DNA of 64,000 nucleotides from the NCBI RefSeq assembly GCF_016432865.1, contig NC_067400.1:502572001-502636000 (forward strand), in the 5' to 3' direction. The notes beneath the pieces were generated by a model. The model was not told the origin of the DNA. It searched no databases and was given only the letters and a program-made list of their open reading frames with translations. The DNA comes from Antechinus flavipes. Taxonomy: Eukaryota. The translations under genes were made by a program, and so were the position numbers. Within the stretch, counting starts at the first letter, position 1, and each line of letters begins with the position of its first letter. Shown here one piece after another: positions 1 through 13,715 of this stretch.

Positions 1-339
1 GAATCCGAGGGGGAAGGGCAAAAATGTAATATACCTGGTCTTTAGGTAGTAGAAGGCACAATAGTCACTGATACAAAAAAATCATCAATTTTGAATGACA
101 GAACACCTACATTTCATTAATAATTAAGTTTCCTCATGACGCAGCAATAAGGCAGGTAATAAGTACATCTTAGAGTAAAGATTATTAACTGGATTTATGT
201 ACTTCAAGAAAGAAAAGTACAATATAGTGATCTTCAGCCTTTTCAATATATAGACCATATCACTGAGATACAATGATGCTGTAAAAACAAAAGCATGTTT
301 ACTTATTTCCTTTCTTAGCATTTGATTTGTCTTTCCATT

Positions 340-560
340 ACCCTGTACAAATTTATATTTTCATTTTACTACTTTAATCATTATATATTGTTCTATTATT
401 CCATATTGCATCAATTCATATAAATCTTCCAATATTTCTTTGAATCCTTACATTCACACTGCATTGTTACGTTTTATTACATTCATATTTTTCAACCATT
501 CCCCAATTGATGGCTATTCACTTTCTTTTCAGTTCTTTATAACCAGAAAGTGTACTACTA
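340..560 (-). mobile_element. L1 ORF2 3' fragment (degraded)
   Basis: Contains caaccattccccaattgatgg...ttttcagttcttt, the reverse complement of the marsupial L1 ORF2 3' region. Confidence 0.5.
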
Positions 561-579
561 TGGATATTAAAATATATGA

Positions 580-830
580 AAAAAATATTTATTAAGCACT
601 TACTATGTGCCAAGCACTATACTAAATTCTGGGAATATAAAAACAAAAGTAAAACAGGACCTATCTTTAAGGGTCTTATATTCTACTAGGGAAGACACAA
701 CACATAGGGAGTCCTAATTTGGATAGTCTCCGGGTTGGTAAATGGAACAATGGGGAAGTTAATTGATTTATCCTTTCCAGAGATAAGGATAATGGGAATT
801 TGATTATACTTCTCAGAGCAAGTGGTATAA
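580..830 (-). mobile_element. LINE2 3' end
   Basis: tttattaagcacttactatgtgccaagcactatactaaattctggg is the typical reverse-complement L2 terminus. Confidence 0.7.
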
Positions 831-1304
831 AGAAATGAAGAGTGTAGATTGTATAATGCTGGGGCAGGTAGGAAAATCATGATTAAAGAGGAGGCTGTTC
901 CAGAGCATGCAGAGACAAGTGGCTTAGCTTTCTCAAACATAGACTCTATTTTGATATTTCTTTCTTTCTTTGATCTTTTTGGATATATATGCCTGCTAGC
1001 AGCATGACTGAGACAATAGACATTTTTCTAGTGTAATTCTAAATTGACATTCAGAAAGTTTGAACCCCTTTATAGCTTGAACAACAATGCAACACTGTGC
1101 CTGTTTTCTATACATCCCTTCAACGTTAATTGTTCTCTCCTTTTTTCTTCTTTGCCAGTTTGCACAGAATGAGTTAAAACCTAAAGTTTCTTCAATGTGC
1201 ATTTTTCTTTCTACTGGACTTTGAGAGCATGTTTTCATGTAGTTATTTATAATTTGCAATTTTTCTTTTGAAAACTATTCATAACTTTTACCTCTTATTA
1301 ATTA

Positions 1305-1810
1305 TTATTGTTCATCCTTCATTTCCAAAGAGGACCAATGACATCATAAGAATAACATCTCGATTGCTCGTGACTTGAATTTAAATGAGGCAGAGTTGCT
1401 CAAAGTTACTCTTTTCCAGTAGAGTCTAGTAGCAGGAAAAAAATCTAGACAATTGGTGATAGCTCAGAATACAGTGGATAACCTTGACATCTTCAATGTC
1501 AAACTATCTTCTAAGTGCTCCACAGCACTTGTTTCAGGCACCTTCATTGTTCTCATCTGCCCATTCCACTGGGGAAAGTCAACATATGCTTGGGCTAGAC
1601 AGCGCTCTAACTCACTGAATAGTTTGAGGGCTGTTGGTTACCCTCAATCTGATTAAACCTTTTTGCTGAGGTGGTTTTACCAGGATACGGCTACTACATA
1701 TGCTTTTTGGAGCCACAGATGGGTGACAAGTAGATATCAAAGATATTCAGCCCTGAAAATGGTTCAATAAGGCCTCATAGCAGAGTTACTAATTCTCTTT
1801 GAACACCCTA
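1305..1810. mobile_element. Marsupial RTE-related non-autonomous element (WALLSI/RTE-SINE-like)
   Basis: Starts gttcatccttcatttccaaagaggaccaatgacatca. Related copies at 12385-12665 (opposite orientation) and 63685-63850. Family name is tentative. Confidence 0.55.
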
Positions 1811-2824
1811 TGTATCCATTATTAATTATTGTTAATTACTATTTCATTAATTAGGTAATGGCTCTTGGTGTAATTTATTTGTCAATTCCCAGACTATTTT
1901 GGATATCAAAATTTTATTAGTGATGTTTGATTCAAATTGTTTTTGTTGTATAATTTCTTTTGTGTCTTTTTTTTTTTACCAATTTCATTCTTGCAAAAAA
2001 TTTGAATTATAGTCAAAATTGTCTAACTTTTAATTTTTATACTTTTTTCTATCTTTATATTTCAGTGTTAATTTAAATGATTCTCAATGTATATCCAAAT
2101 AAGGACTGAAACATAACATTACCCAAAGGCATAAGGAGCCACTATAAGTGCATTGCATGTACCAGTATACATTGCATATATAAGTACAGTGCATGGACCA
2201 GTGTTTGCCTTACTTAGACAACCCTCTGAATTCCATAATTTTTTTATCTCCCTTCATAAGAGAATATGGGAAGGATATTTTAATCCCTTTTTTGAAAAAG
2301 CCCTCTCTGTCATCAGATTTTTAACAAAATCTGATCCTCATTACCTTCTTTACTCAATTACATTGACAATTAAGTTCCTACTTTATGAAAGACTGCTCTG
2401 TACTCAAAAAGATACAAAATTGGAAACAAAATAGCCCTTACCCTTAATTAAGAAATAAAATCTACTGGATGTACACAACCTATACACAGATAAATATTTA
2501 TAAAGACTATTATTACTATAGAAAGTAATACAAAATAATTCCAATAAAAAGAAAATAGCAACAATGGAGAGAGGGTTCAGGAAAAATCTCCATTAGAAAG
2601 ACTCTGAGTTAAAAGATCTAAGAATTCTAAGAATCAGTATTAAGAAGAAAGTATATGGTCAAATATAAAGTCAGGGGATCCACCTGGGCAAAAGTTTGGA
2701 GATGGTACATAGAGTGTCATGAATGGAGTGAACTAGCAGGAATGAAGAAGATGAAGGGGGAAAATACAAATAAGTCTAATAAGGTAGGTAAGATTCATAC
2801 TGTGCATATAAATTTTATTGATCC

Positions 2825-3600
2825 ATGATCTTTAAAAATGCATTTACTATTTCTGTCTTTTTGCATTTGATTTTGAGGTTTTTCTGCCCTTATACATGGT
2901 CAAGTTTTGTAAAGGTTCTATGAACCACCAAGAAAAAAAAGCATACTCCTTTCTGTCTCCATTCAATTTTCTCCAAAGATCTATCATATCTAACTTTTCT
3001 AAAATTCTATTTGCCTCCTTAATTTCTTTCTTATTATTCTGTAGTTCAATGTACACCTTTCCCCTAATACTTCTGTCCTTTTATTAGCCTCTCCTTTTCC
3101 TTTCTCCTTTCCCCTTCCACTTCCCTACAAAATGAGAGAAGTTTCTCTGTGAAACCAAATATGTCTGATATTCTTCCTTTGAGCCAAATCTGGTAAGAAT
3201 AAGATTCACACAATGTTCACCCCCCTCCCTTCTTTCCATCAATTACAATAGGTCTTCTTTGCCTCTTCATGAAATGTAATTTCCCCTCATTTTAGTGGAA
3301 ATTTTCCTCTTTTTCCTGTACAATTTCCTTTCTACCTCTAGTTTCTTTTTTATATTATCACAATAAAATCAAATTATACCTGGAATCTCTAAGTATATCC
3401 ATAACAGAAATATAGTTCTCACAAGTTCTTTCCTTTTTACCTTTTTATGGTTCTCTTGAGTTCTGTACTTGGAGATCAAATTTTTTGTTCAGATCTGGTC
3501 TTTCCATCAGAAATAAATTAAATTCACCTCTATCATTGAATGTCCATCTTCTTGCCTGAAAGATAATGCTCAATTTAGTTGGATAGCTGATTCTTGACTG
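2825..3600 (-). mobile_element. L1 fragment spanning the ORF1 end and ORF2 endonuclease domain
   Basis: ORF-track 2847..3056 reads RILEKLDMIDLWRKLNGDRKEYAFFS, an L1 ORF2p endonuclease motif, then frameshifts. Confidence 0.85.
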
Positions 3601-3985
3601 TGAGATTCATATTGTGAATATATGCCAGGTTAGGGTGCCAAGCTGGGCAAGGTAGTGAATCGGGGTAAGCTGATGAAGAGTGTCAGTACCTTCAACAGTA
3701 ATGGGGAAGTGTAGAGGAGAGATAGATTGGAAAGGAGAAAGAATGAAGATTTATTATGCATGTTGTTGTGGATGTGTTAAATTTGAAATGAACATGGGAC
3801 ATTTGTAAGCATTTTCCTAAGCAATCAACAGCAATGAAAAAAACAATTGATGAGCATTTATTTTAAATGCCTTCTATGTGTGGAGCACTGAACTAGAAAC
3901 TGGGAATTTTTTTGATGACTATATTTACATAGATAATTCTTGGGAACTGGGAAATTTTTATTTTTATTCCTAAAAATTACCTAAT

Positions 3986-4596
3986 AATATTATTGTTCTG
4001 CAAGAAATGACCAACAGGATGATTTCAGAGAGGCCTGGAGAGACTTATATGAATTGATGCTAAGTGAAATGAGCAGAACCAAGAGATCATTATACATGGC
4101 AACAACAAGATTATATGATGATCAATTCTGATGGATATGACTCTCTTCAACAGTGAGATGATTCAAACAAGTTCCAATTGTTCAGTGATGAAGAGAGCCA
4201 TGTATATCCAGAGAGAGGACTATGAGAACTGAGTATGGTTCACAATATAGCATTTTCACTTTTTGTTGTTGTTTGTTTGCATTTTATTTTGCTTTACCTT
4301 TTCTCTTGTGCAGCGTGATAATTGTATAAATATGTATGCGTATATTGGATTTAACATATGTTACTATCATGTTTAAACATATATTAGACTAGTTGCCATC
4401 TAGGGGAGGGCATGGAGGAAGGGAGGGAAAGTTGGAACACGGGATTTTGCAAGGACTAATGTTGAAGAACTGTCCACGCATATGTTTTAAAAAAACAAAA
4501 AGCTTTAATAAAAAAAGAAAAAATCAGAATGGAAAAAAAAAGAAAATTATTGATGCACATGTTTTGAAAATGAAAGGCTTTAATTAAAAAAAAAAA
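3986..4596 (+). mobile_element. 5'-truncated L1 3' end with A-tail and 15-bp TSD
   Basis: Encodes the ORF2p C-terminus (RNDQQDDFREAWRDLYELMLSEMSRTKRSLY), then 3' UTR and A-tail. TAAAAATTACCTAAT is repeated at 3971-3985 and 4597-4611. Confidence 0.9.
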
Positions 4597-6354
4597 TAAA
4601 AATTACCTAATTAGGAAGTCATATTAGAAGGAACATTGTGTTTCATTTCTCTACAGAAATCCCTTTTGATTTTACTCCATCTTGTCACCTGAAATGAAAA
4701 AAAAATTTACTTTCCCAGCATTATTCTACAAGTTACATCTCTCAAGACCAGAGGAGTTTGAGAATAATAATGGATCATGATTCCAGAGGAAAAGCATTCC
4801 CACTCCACCTACAAAATTGTCTAACTGAGAAATACTTCTTTGCCTTATTGCTCAATTTAACTTTGCTCAAGGATCTCTGGGTGAGGTTTTACTTCCTGCA
4901 ATTAATACCTAGAATGATATTCAGTAAGAAATTCTTCTGAGCAAGGAGTCATTTTTACCTAAGAAAAATTCCCAGAGTGTGTTAGCCATGATAGAATGGT
5001 AGAAATTCAAAATAGAATACAGGAAGAAATGGTATCACAATATCTTTTTTCTCTTCAGTTCTATAAATATAGCATTGAGCCTTAATCACTTCATGCCCAG
5101 ACAAGTATCATTTCCTAAAAGGGCTCCTCACTTAATTTTATTTTTTTTTAATCTCTGTGGTAACTACCATCATGCTATATAGATCAGGTCCAACATCTTT
5201 ACCCTCTGCTTCAAAGACCCTCACCAGGGTGGCCTAACTTCTCATAGCTTCTCTAATTCTTCCACAATTCCTTTGCTTCTCTTAGGCTAATGTCTTAAAT
5301 GGAACCATTGTCCAGTCATTTCACTTCTGTTTCTGACCATTCTTTCAGAGAATAGCAATATCTAGAGTATCCTTTGCCATAAACATCCAAAAACCATTTC
5401 CCTCATTCAAAAAGGAAATGCTCCCTGAAATATTCTTGGACCTATCAGAGGAATAGCAATAATCTCCAGTCCATTCAATAACAATATAGTTCTTCCCAAC
5501 TCACTGTCCCATGAATGCAGTTGGTGTTCAACCTATCTATAACACATTGTCCATTCCCTCTATGTTCTTTATGTGTTCTATTGTCCCTGTCAGTGTAATT
5601 CTTATTAAGCAATGTCCAGCATTGTGCTGTGAAAGTGTAAAGTCAAGACCTTAAAAGATCTTCACCAGTTAAAAGTGTAGACAAAATATAATGAAAGAAT
5701 AATAGTAATAATAGAAATTATTCAAAATCTCTTTAAGGTTTTAAAAGCACTTTCCTTACAACAATCTTGGGGAAGTGGTATCATATACACGATTATCTTC
5801 ATTTATCAAAGAGAAAATTAAAGGCTCAAATATTGATTTGTTTAATTGACTGATACTAGGAAAGACTTCTAGGAAGGGCCATGTGAGTTACTAGAGAGTG
5901 ATGGAAATCAAAAAAAAAAAAAAAAAAGGAAGAAAAAAAGCACCAATAGAACATTGTTAAATGGCCAGAATATAGTTCAGAAGAGGACACAAATAAATGG
6001 TGCAATTATGTTATTTTGGTGTTCAATTTAATATATGAATTTAAAACTGTAGATAACAAATTTGATGCTTTGTACAATAACTTCTTTTTGATTCTTTTTT
6101 GCATATTAAAATATACATTTTGTTGTTTGTTGAACATTTAAACATTCACATTTGTTGCTGATTATCAAATGCATAATAAGAAAAATAAAAAGAAAATGCT
6201 AACTTCAAGAAATTAAATAACTTGCTGATGCTGCACATATAATTAGTGTCACAGCCAGGGTACATATTCTGGTTTCTTGGTTCTGAGCCCTTTGTATTTT
6301 TTCATGTCATGCTGCCTTTTAAGATGAAATTTAACAGGCATAAAAGTTGAGCTC

Positions 6355-7300
6355 AAAATCATTGTACAAGGACAAGTTGCAGGAAACATGGCATCTTTTC
6401 ATAAGGAAAAGATAGACTACAAGTTGACTATGAGTCAACAATGCATCATTGCAGCCAAATAATTTAATGAGCGCTTAAGAAGCATTAAGGAGTAGGTAGG
6501 TGGCATAGAGGATAGAGTGCCAGGCTTGGAGTCAGAAAACATTCCTCTTCCTGAGTTCAAATCTGGCCTTATTTTTCTTATCCCTGTGACCCTGAGCAAG
6601 TCACTTAACCCTGTTTGCCTCACTCTCCTCATCTGTAAAATGATCTAGAGAAGGAAATGGCAAATCGCCCCACTATCTTTGTCAGGAAAAGCTTAAATGG
6701 GATCATGAAGATCATGACTAAACTATAAGAACAAAAGCTTCATTAATGGAGGCAGAGTGCCCAAAAGAGGAGAGGTAATGAGTCTCCTGTCCTCTGCCCT
6801 GGTCAGACCATATCTACAATACTGTATTCTGCTCCAGATGCTACACTCTAAGAAGAAAATTAGTGAGCTGAAATGTGTCCAGTTTAATAGGTAACCAAGA
6901 AGGATGATGAAGGGACTAGAGACCATGCATATTAGGTTCAGACTAACTTGAAAGAACTAGGGATATTTATTCTGGAGAATAGGAAACATGATGAATACCT
7001 AGCGATAGAAGAAGCTCAATAAATGTTTGTTAAGTTGAATAAAATTGACATCATGCCATCTTTAAATTTCTTAAAAGCTGTTATATGGAAGAAAGATTAT
7101 TAGACTTGTTTTATTTGGCAGTAAAGATGAATTGGAGCAGAATTTGAATAATGAGGGGATGTTCCCAAAGCATATATTAAATGTGATGTAAAGGAAAATT
7201 TCCCAAATAGAGTAACAATCCGAAAGTAAAATGGGCTCCCTTGAGAGACAGTATGGTCCTATTCCTTAGAAATCTTGCAGCAAAAAACAAAGACTATCAG
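6355..7300 (+). mobile_element. L3/CR1 3' remnant, split by a Mar1 SINE
   Basis: Motifs ctctgccctggtcagaccatatct and gatgatgaagggactagagacc are typical of L3/CR1 ORF2 3' sequence. Confidence 0.7.
6489..6733 (+). mobile_element. Mar1 CORE-SINE
   Basis: tRNA-like head, CORE (gagcaagtcacttaaccctg) and RTE/BovB-like tail (gagaaggaaatggcaaa). Confidence 0.8.
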
Positions 7301-8949
7301 TGGGGAGTGGTATTGAGGGGGTTCTTATTTAGGTACAGTAGGATTTGATTACTGCTTAAATTCATTCTAGCACAGTGGTTTTAGATAGGAAATGGTTTGT
7401 TTGGGTTTTTGATCATGTTATTTAGAAAAACATCTCTAAATGAATAATGTTGACTTGCATCTTTGAGGATTTAGAAATCTCAGAATTACAGAAAATTAGA
7501 GGTGTAAGGTATCTTAGTCCAGAACTTGTTTTACAGATAAAACAGAGCCCAAGAGTATTCAAGTCCCTTGCCCAAATTAGTAAGTGGCCTACTCAGAACT
7601 CCGAATTCAAGTTCAAATTTTGTAATCTTTCGTTAGTATTTAATTCATATGAAATGAAAAAGAAATGCCTGGAAATTAAAGAAGGTAGTTGAGGTACTCT
7701 TCTAGAAGACATAAAATGTCAATTTTAAAACTCAGGATTGGGCAGCATAATTTTGTGTAGCTTACAGGATCAATAGAAACTAAATGATGGTCTCTTTGGA
7801 ACTGAAAAATCCTGTGGGTTTAAAAGAAAAAGAAAGATAAAAAATTCTCACACATACACAAACAAACAACAACACTTCTGTAGGTATAATATGTTTTGAA
7901 GACAAAATAATTTACTAGAAGTTAGTCATTAAAGGTCTAGATCAATTGTTCTTAAAGTGCTGATCCTTGGGATTTAGGGGGTCAAACAATTTTCATAATT
8001 ATAGTAAGATATATTAACCTAGTAAAATACTCCCCTCTTTCTAATTACATATCTGTGTAAGAATATACTTTCTTCTTATTTTTAATTATCTGCATAATGA
8101 TCTGTGAGCATTCAATTAGCTTTTATTAATGCATATATTTAAAAAATTTGCAAAAATACATAAAAACATTGTCACTTCTCACTAATATTTTTTTTTTTGG
8201 AAAATAATTATTCTTCCTTAAAATATGTTACTTATATTAATGAATGTTAGCTATATTATTGTTGTTTTAATTAATTAATATTTTAGAATTTCATCAGTTT
8301 TATTTTTTAATGACAATTATTGATAGATATAATTCACATTAACAAAGGCCATAAGGATATTAAGGGGTCTTGAGACCAAAAAGTATGAAAACTTCAGGCC
8401 TAGACATCTAAAATACAAATTCCTTTTAGATAAGAATTATTTCCTTTTTTCTTTGTGTGCTCAATGCCCCTAGTTCAGAATTTTGGATGTAGTGCTGTTG
8501 AATAAATGTTTGCTGAATTGTAGAGTCATTATTAATTGCTAAGGAGAAGACTGATAGAGTTGGGTAGCTGAGAGACTTTAGAAAGACCTGACAGTTTGAA
8601 GCAGCACATGGTTTGGGAGAAGAAATAACAATGTTGTGGTATAGCAACAATAGTTAGCATTTGTATCAGTTGTGTGACAGAGAAGATCCAGCCACAGGCC
8701 CACCTAATATCATATAACCACATCAAGTAGCACTGTGCTCTATGAGCAAAGCACAATCATAGCAGCTCAAAAAAAAAAAATGAGAAATACACAAATTTAA
8801 AGACAACTCCTTCATAAAGGTTCATACAATTTGTGCCTAACCTGAGTTTTTATTGGTTTGATCAATCATAATCAGATTTATAGTACATTGATGCTGATAT
8901 CATGATGTCATTTTAGTCTTCTTTAGTTATGAAGGCCAACATCAAATAA

Positions 8950-9193
8950 ATAGCTAGTGTTTATATATTTCCTTTTATGTGCCAGGAACTCTCTAAGCAT
9001 TTTATTTTTCATTTGCTCCTCATAAAAACTCTGGGATGTAGGTATTATTATTATCTCCATTTTATAGTTGAAGAAACTGATGCAAAGATCTATTTGGCTA
9101 CTTATCCCAAATCACACAGCTACTAAGTGTCTAGTGCTAGTTTTGAACTCAGGTCTTCTTTCCTCCCAGTCCAACTGCTCCACCTAACTGCCT
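8950..9193 (-). mobile_element. MIR/Ther CORE-SINE
   Basis: Reverse CORE: attttatagttgaagaaactga...tcacacagctactaagtg...tttgaactcaggtctt. Confidence 0.75.
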
Positions 9194-9709
9194 TAAGGGT
9201 AAGAGCGAACTTATCAGGAAAAGCATGTAACTGGATCCACTCAGTTTAGATCTTGAAGGATCTGTCAACAATGCTCTAAACTCCATTAATACAGATAAAG
9301 GAAGATGTTGATCTGTATCTAGAAAAGATTTGAATATTAAAGAAGAAAGCAAAATACTGGGTGAAAAGGAATACTGGTGAGCTGTTATTAAATTGATTTT
9401 CTGTGGAATGTAACAAAGAAAAAAGCAGTAAGGAAAGGAAGAATTATAGTGGGTGGAAATGAGAACCTGAACGTATTTATGGATCTATAATTTCAATTTT
9501 TTGTTATTTCCTTTGCCCAGGCAGATTCCAGACTTTCCATGCCATATCGGTATGTGTGTGTTTGTGTTTGTATATATGTATACATACAAATATACATAAG
9601 TATGTATAATATCACACTTTTTAATACATTGCTTAGTTTTGCTGAACCATTTTTCTTTGCCTTTTCAGGTTCTTTATCATAAAAATGGATCTCTGGGAAG
9701 TGGAGAAGC

Positions 9710-9718
9710 ATATATATA

Positions 9719-9761
<43 letters not shown>

Positions 9762-9767
9762 ATATAT
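9710..9767. repeat. (TA)n microsatellite
   Basis: Directly visible TA run with minor interruptions. Confidence 0.95.
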
Positions 9768-10249
9768 CTTATATAAGAACAAAAGACAGTAATGTGTATA
9801 TAATTATATACACAAAACTAAAACAGCAATAGATGTGAGTACATACACACAGATGTATTGCTGTCTTTTGTTTTTACATCATCTCTATTTCCCTACTTCT
9901 TCAAATGAATAGGGAGAAGTATCTCTTCTTTGGTATAACCTTGGTCATTCCAATTTCATGTCATTGAATTTTGATTATCTGTTGCTGTTGCTCTTCATTT
10001 ACATTGTTCCAGTAATTGGTTGTATTGTTTTCCTGATTCTGGTTTTTTTTTTTGCTTTGCATCCATATATGTGCCATACCTTTCAATGCTATGAAATTTG
10101 TTTGTCTTTTTCTATAAATTCTTCATATATAATCCATCCTCACACAGTAGAGACCTTTCTCCCTTTCTTTTAATATTTCAGAAATTACAATGTACTTTTC
10201 ATGTTATGGAATGGGCCACCTCATTTCCCTGTCATCCTTGAAATAACAA

Positions 10250-11190
10250 GGAATAGATGAAGCAGGCTCCATGAAACTGGCATGATAAGAAAGGGTGGTT
10301 GGAAAAGAACAGGTAAGTACATGATGTGTTCTACTGGTGATATCAGAGAGGCATGGCATCTTGTGACAATTACAATCAAGGTGTGTCTCATTTGATGAGC
10401 AAATGAGCAATTGATGAGCTGGATTAAAAATGCATCAGAGTCCAGGAATGAGAGGAATTCTGGAGCCCTATAGATATTAATAATGGAAGTTCTGAATAAG
10501 GTAGCTAGAAGACTGGATAGATAAGGAAAAAAAGGAATGAAATTTTCAAGTCATTTAGGAAAGTAGAGGTTAAGTTTGAACTTAGTAGACAATAGCAAGA
10601 TTATGTTAACTATTTGAGAATGTGTAAATGAGGTATGAAAGTAGTAATAGCACTGAAAGTAGAATTGAGTAATCAAGGAATAGAATTCCAGTATAAAAGT
10701 CTGTTGAATCTAGTTTCTAGAGAGATTCACTCCCATACTGCCAGAGTACACTTCCTAGATAGGGAGATAACTTGATCTACATATATTGACCCTCTCTATT
10801 CTACCCCCTTTCCCCATCCTTTTCCCAGCATTAATAGAGGCATGGATCTGATCCAGATTTTCAACCTTGATAGGAGTTGAAGGGTCTGAACAGTATATTG
10901 TTACTAGATGAAATCCAATTTTTTTGATGAGGAATAAGATGAAGGTAATTTTGCCCAAATCCATGAGATTAAGGAAAAGGAAGGAGAAAGAATAAAGGAG
11001 AGAATAAATATGAGCAGAAGGCTACATAGGTAGGTTTCTCAGTTGAGGCAGGAAGCTAAGATGAGTTGAGATGAGTGCTACAGAAAACATGAAATTGGCA
11101 TAAGTATGTTGAGTTCAGAATGATAGAAGGAAAGTTAGGGCAGAAATGAATAATGAGACAGATTGTTAGGTTTCTGCAAGAAGATATATT
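10250..11190 (-). mobile_element. Old LINE2 ORF2 remnant
   Basis: Purine-rich degraded sequence resembling reverse-complement L2 internal regions; weak match. Confidence 0.4.
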
Positions 11191-11204
11191 GGGGGGGGAG
11201 GGGA

Positions 11205-11370
11205 TACAGGACACTGGATTAGAAGTCAGATGTTCTGAACTTTGCCACCAGCTAGCTATGTGAGCTTGGATGAATCATTTTATTCTCCAGGCTCCAGTTT
11301 GTTGATCTGTAAAACAAGAGAATTGGATTAGATGAGCTTCAAGACTCCCTTCTGCTATAACATTCTTATA
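11205..11370 (+). mobile_element. MIR3-like SINE
   Basis: gagcttggatgaatcatt...ctgtaaaacaagagaattggattagatgag, CORE plus L3-type tail. Confidence 0.65.
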
Positions 11371-12384
11371 TATAGCTGGCTAAAAGAATCAATCTATAAT
11401 AGCTACTGGTCAGCATTTCAGCACCAAAATTGTGTGTTTGTGTGTGAGTGGGGAGGGAGTATTAAATATGTCTCATAAAGAACATTGTTGAAGCCACAGA
11501 GATACTTTTTGTAGATGAATTTTGGTTTTGTGTCAGTCATTTCTGGAAATAAATTCCATTTCCTCTCATTCTAGATTGAAATAGTTAAGCAATAATGTTG
11601 GATTCAATGACCATGACTACAGTGTATACAATATTCTACTCCAGTAATCACAGTCTCCATTATGAAATGAGAAGATATGTTTCATTGTCTGTTCTCTAGG
11701 ACTATTACTGGTATTTCAGTTACTCAGAGTTCACTTCCTTGTAGCTATTTTTTTATTTACATTGTCACTGTCCTACATTGTATAAATTAGTCTTCTGCTA
11801 ACGGCCATTCACAAACTTTTTTTCCTTTGTTCTTACATCATCATACTCCATTGACTAAATGGACAAGGCAAAGGAAGAAGAGAGTGGTCTTTCTGTGGTA
11901 AGACACTCCCATACATGTCTTTCATCCTTAGGTTCTCATTTTACCTTCGTGATCTATTAGGATCCTTCCTCGTACTATTACTAGGCAACCTGTAATTGTG
12001 TTTTGGATGGAAGCAATCTCTCTCCTCAACCTCCAGCCAAAGTTGGTGATGTGGATGGAGAGCAGGATCCATATTACTTCACTTGTAAGAAGATTCATCC
12101 TGGGACCAGTGTTACTGTTTTAATTAATTACTTGGGTAAAGTAGATGATTCAGATTAATCTGGGATAATGATACAAAATTGTAGGGGATGCTTGTTGCCG
12201 TCACAAAATAATACAAATAGAATTATTCCTAATGCATTTTTTATGAAAAATGATTTATTAAACAAGAAATAAAACTTAAGTGAAGAGACAAAGAAAAACA
12301 GCACACCACATGGATTTCAGCAAACACCACAGTGCAAAAAAGACTATTGTGAGGAATAAATTCAATAAATGAACAAGGTAACTC

Positions 12385-12665
12385 TGTTTTTTTACAAATT
12401 TAATATGAGGATATATTGAAGTGATATTGTAGCACTCAAAGCTTGATCAAACATTGAAGATGCCAAGGTTATCCACTGAATCCTGGACCATCATCAGTCC
12501 TCCTGACTTTTGTCTTGCCATTAGACTTCTATGACCCTGAAAGAGATAATGAGGCTGATGACTATGCAACTGTATCTCACTTCAATGTAATTCTCATGCA
12601 CATCAAGACATCACCCTATCATGTCATTAGTCCTCTTCAAAACAAAGGACAAATCACAACAATGA
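12385..12665. mobile_element. RTE-related non-autonomous element, inverted relative to 1305-1810
   Basis: Its reverse complement shares gtcct...gaagagga...aatgacat and cagtggataaccttg(a/g)catcttcaatgt with the 1305 copy. Confidence 0.6.
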
Positions 12666-13486
12666 TTCGCTATTTAGACATATCTTGCTTCATGGTTTAA
12701 AAAGTCCAGTTGTTTTCAATCACAAGAACAAAGACATTTAACTAATGATAAGATATTTTTAAGAAAGTCAGAATTTCAGAGCTGACATAGAGACATAGAA
12801 ATAATCCAAGCTGATATTTTTATTTTGTGGATGAAGAAACAGAGACCTAGAGGAAAAATAGCTTGCCTGAAGTTATAGGTATTTAGAAAATCTTATCTAT
12901 CAAGTGTGAATAAGATGATGAAAGGAAGCCAGATGAGTCCTTATTGATAAAAGCTCGAAGGCCAGAATAATAGTTTCTTTTGTTTATATATAGGTTGTAG
13001 AGCTGTAATGGATATCATCATAGAATAATAAAACAGGAGCTTAAATGTATCCTTAAAAACCATCAAATCCAACTTCCTCATCATACAGTTGAGGAAAATA
13101 TTGTTGAAGGAAGTTAAAACTCTAAGGTATCCAAATGAGACGTTAGATTTGAACCCAAATCTATCTATAGTCCAAATCTTCATATGATAAGTGAGGAAAC
13201 ACAGTGAGGTTAAGTCATTTTTGTTAAGTTAGTTTCAGGGCATATATACTGTATAAAAGCAGGAAGCCTACTTTGAGAAGTTCAGAAAGACTGAATATTT
13301 CCCTCCCAGTCCTTCCCAATATCATTCCCACTGATCTTCCACTACAGATGAAATCTTCCCTCAGAGCTATTTGGTGGTTAAGAAATTATTTCCTAGACCA
13401 ATGTACAATATACCAACCCTTTTCTCTACTTACTCATTAAGGGAAAGAAGGCCTTCAAGTAATATGACAAGGGCATATAGGTTTTC

Positions 13487-13715
13487 ATGTTGTTGTTCAG
13501 TCAGGTCCAACTCATCCTGACCCCGTTTGGAGTTTTCTTGGCAAAGATACTGGAGTGGTTTGCAATTTCCTTCTCCAGCTCATTTTACAGATGAAGCAAC
13601 TGAGGTATACAGAGTTAAGTGATTTGCCCAGGATCACACAATTATTAAGTGTCAAAGACCAGATTTGAGCCTAGAAAGTTGAGTCTTCCCTATTCCAATC
13701 CCAGTCACCTTTCTG
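13487..13715 (-). mobile_element. Mar1 SINE
   Basis: gttttcttggcaaagatactggagtggtttgcaatttccttctccag is the reverse complement of the Mar1/BovB tail. Confidence 0.85.

Noticed and set aside
11417-11425. REST/RE1 site (TTCAGCACC), attractive for a neuronal gene
   Set aside because: Only the left half-site is present here and at similar spots (about 21533 and 15027); no GGACAG right half follows.
13252-13259. TATAAAAG on the + strand
   Set aside because: About 1 kb upstream of the CpG island with no supporting promoter context; TATA-like words are common at this AT content.
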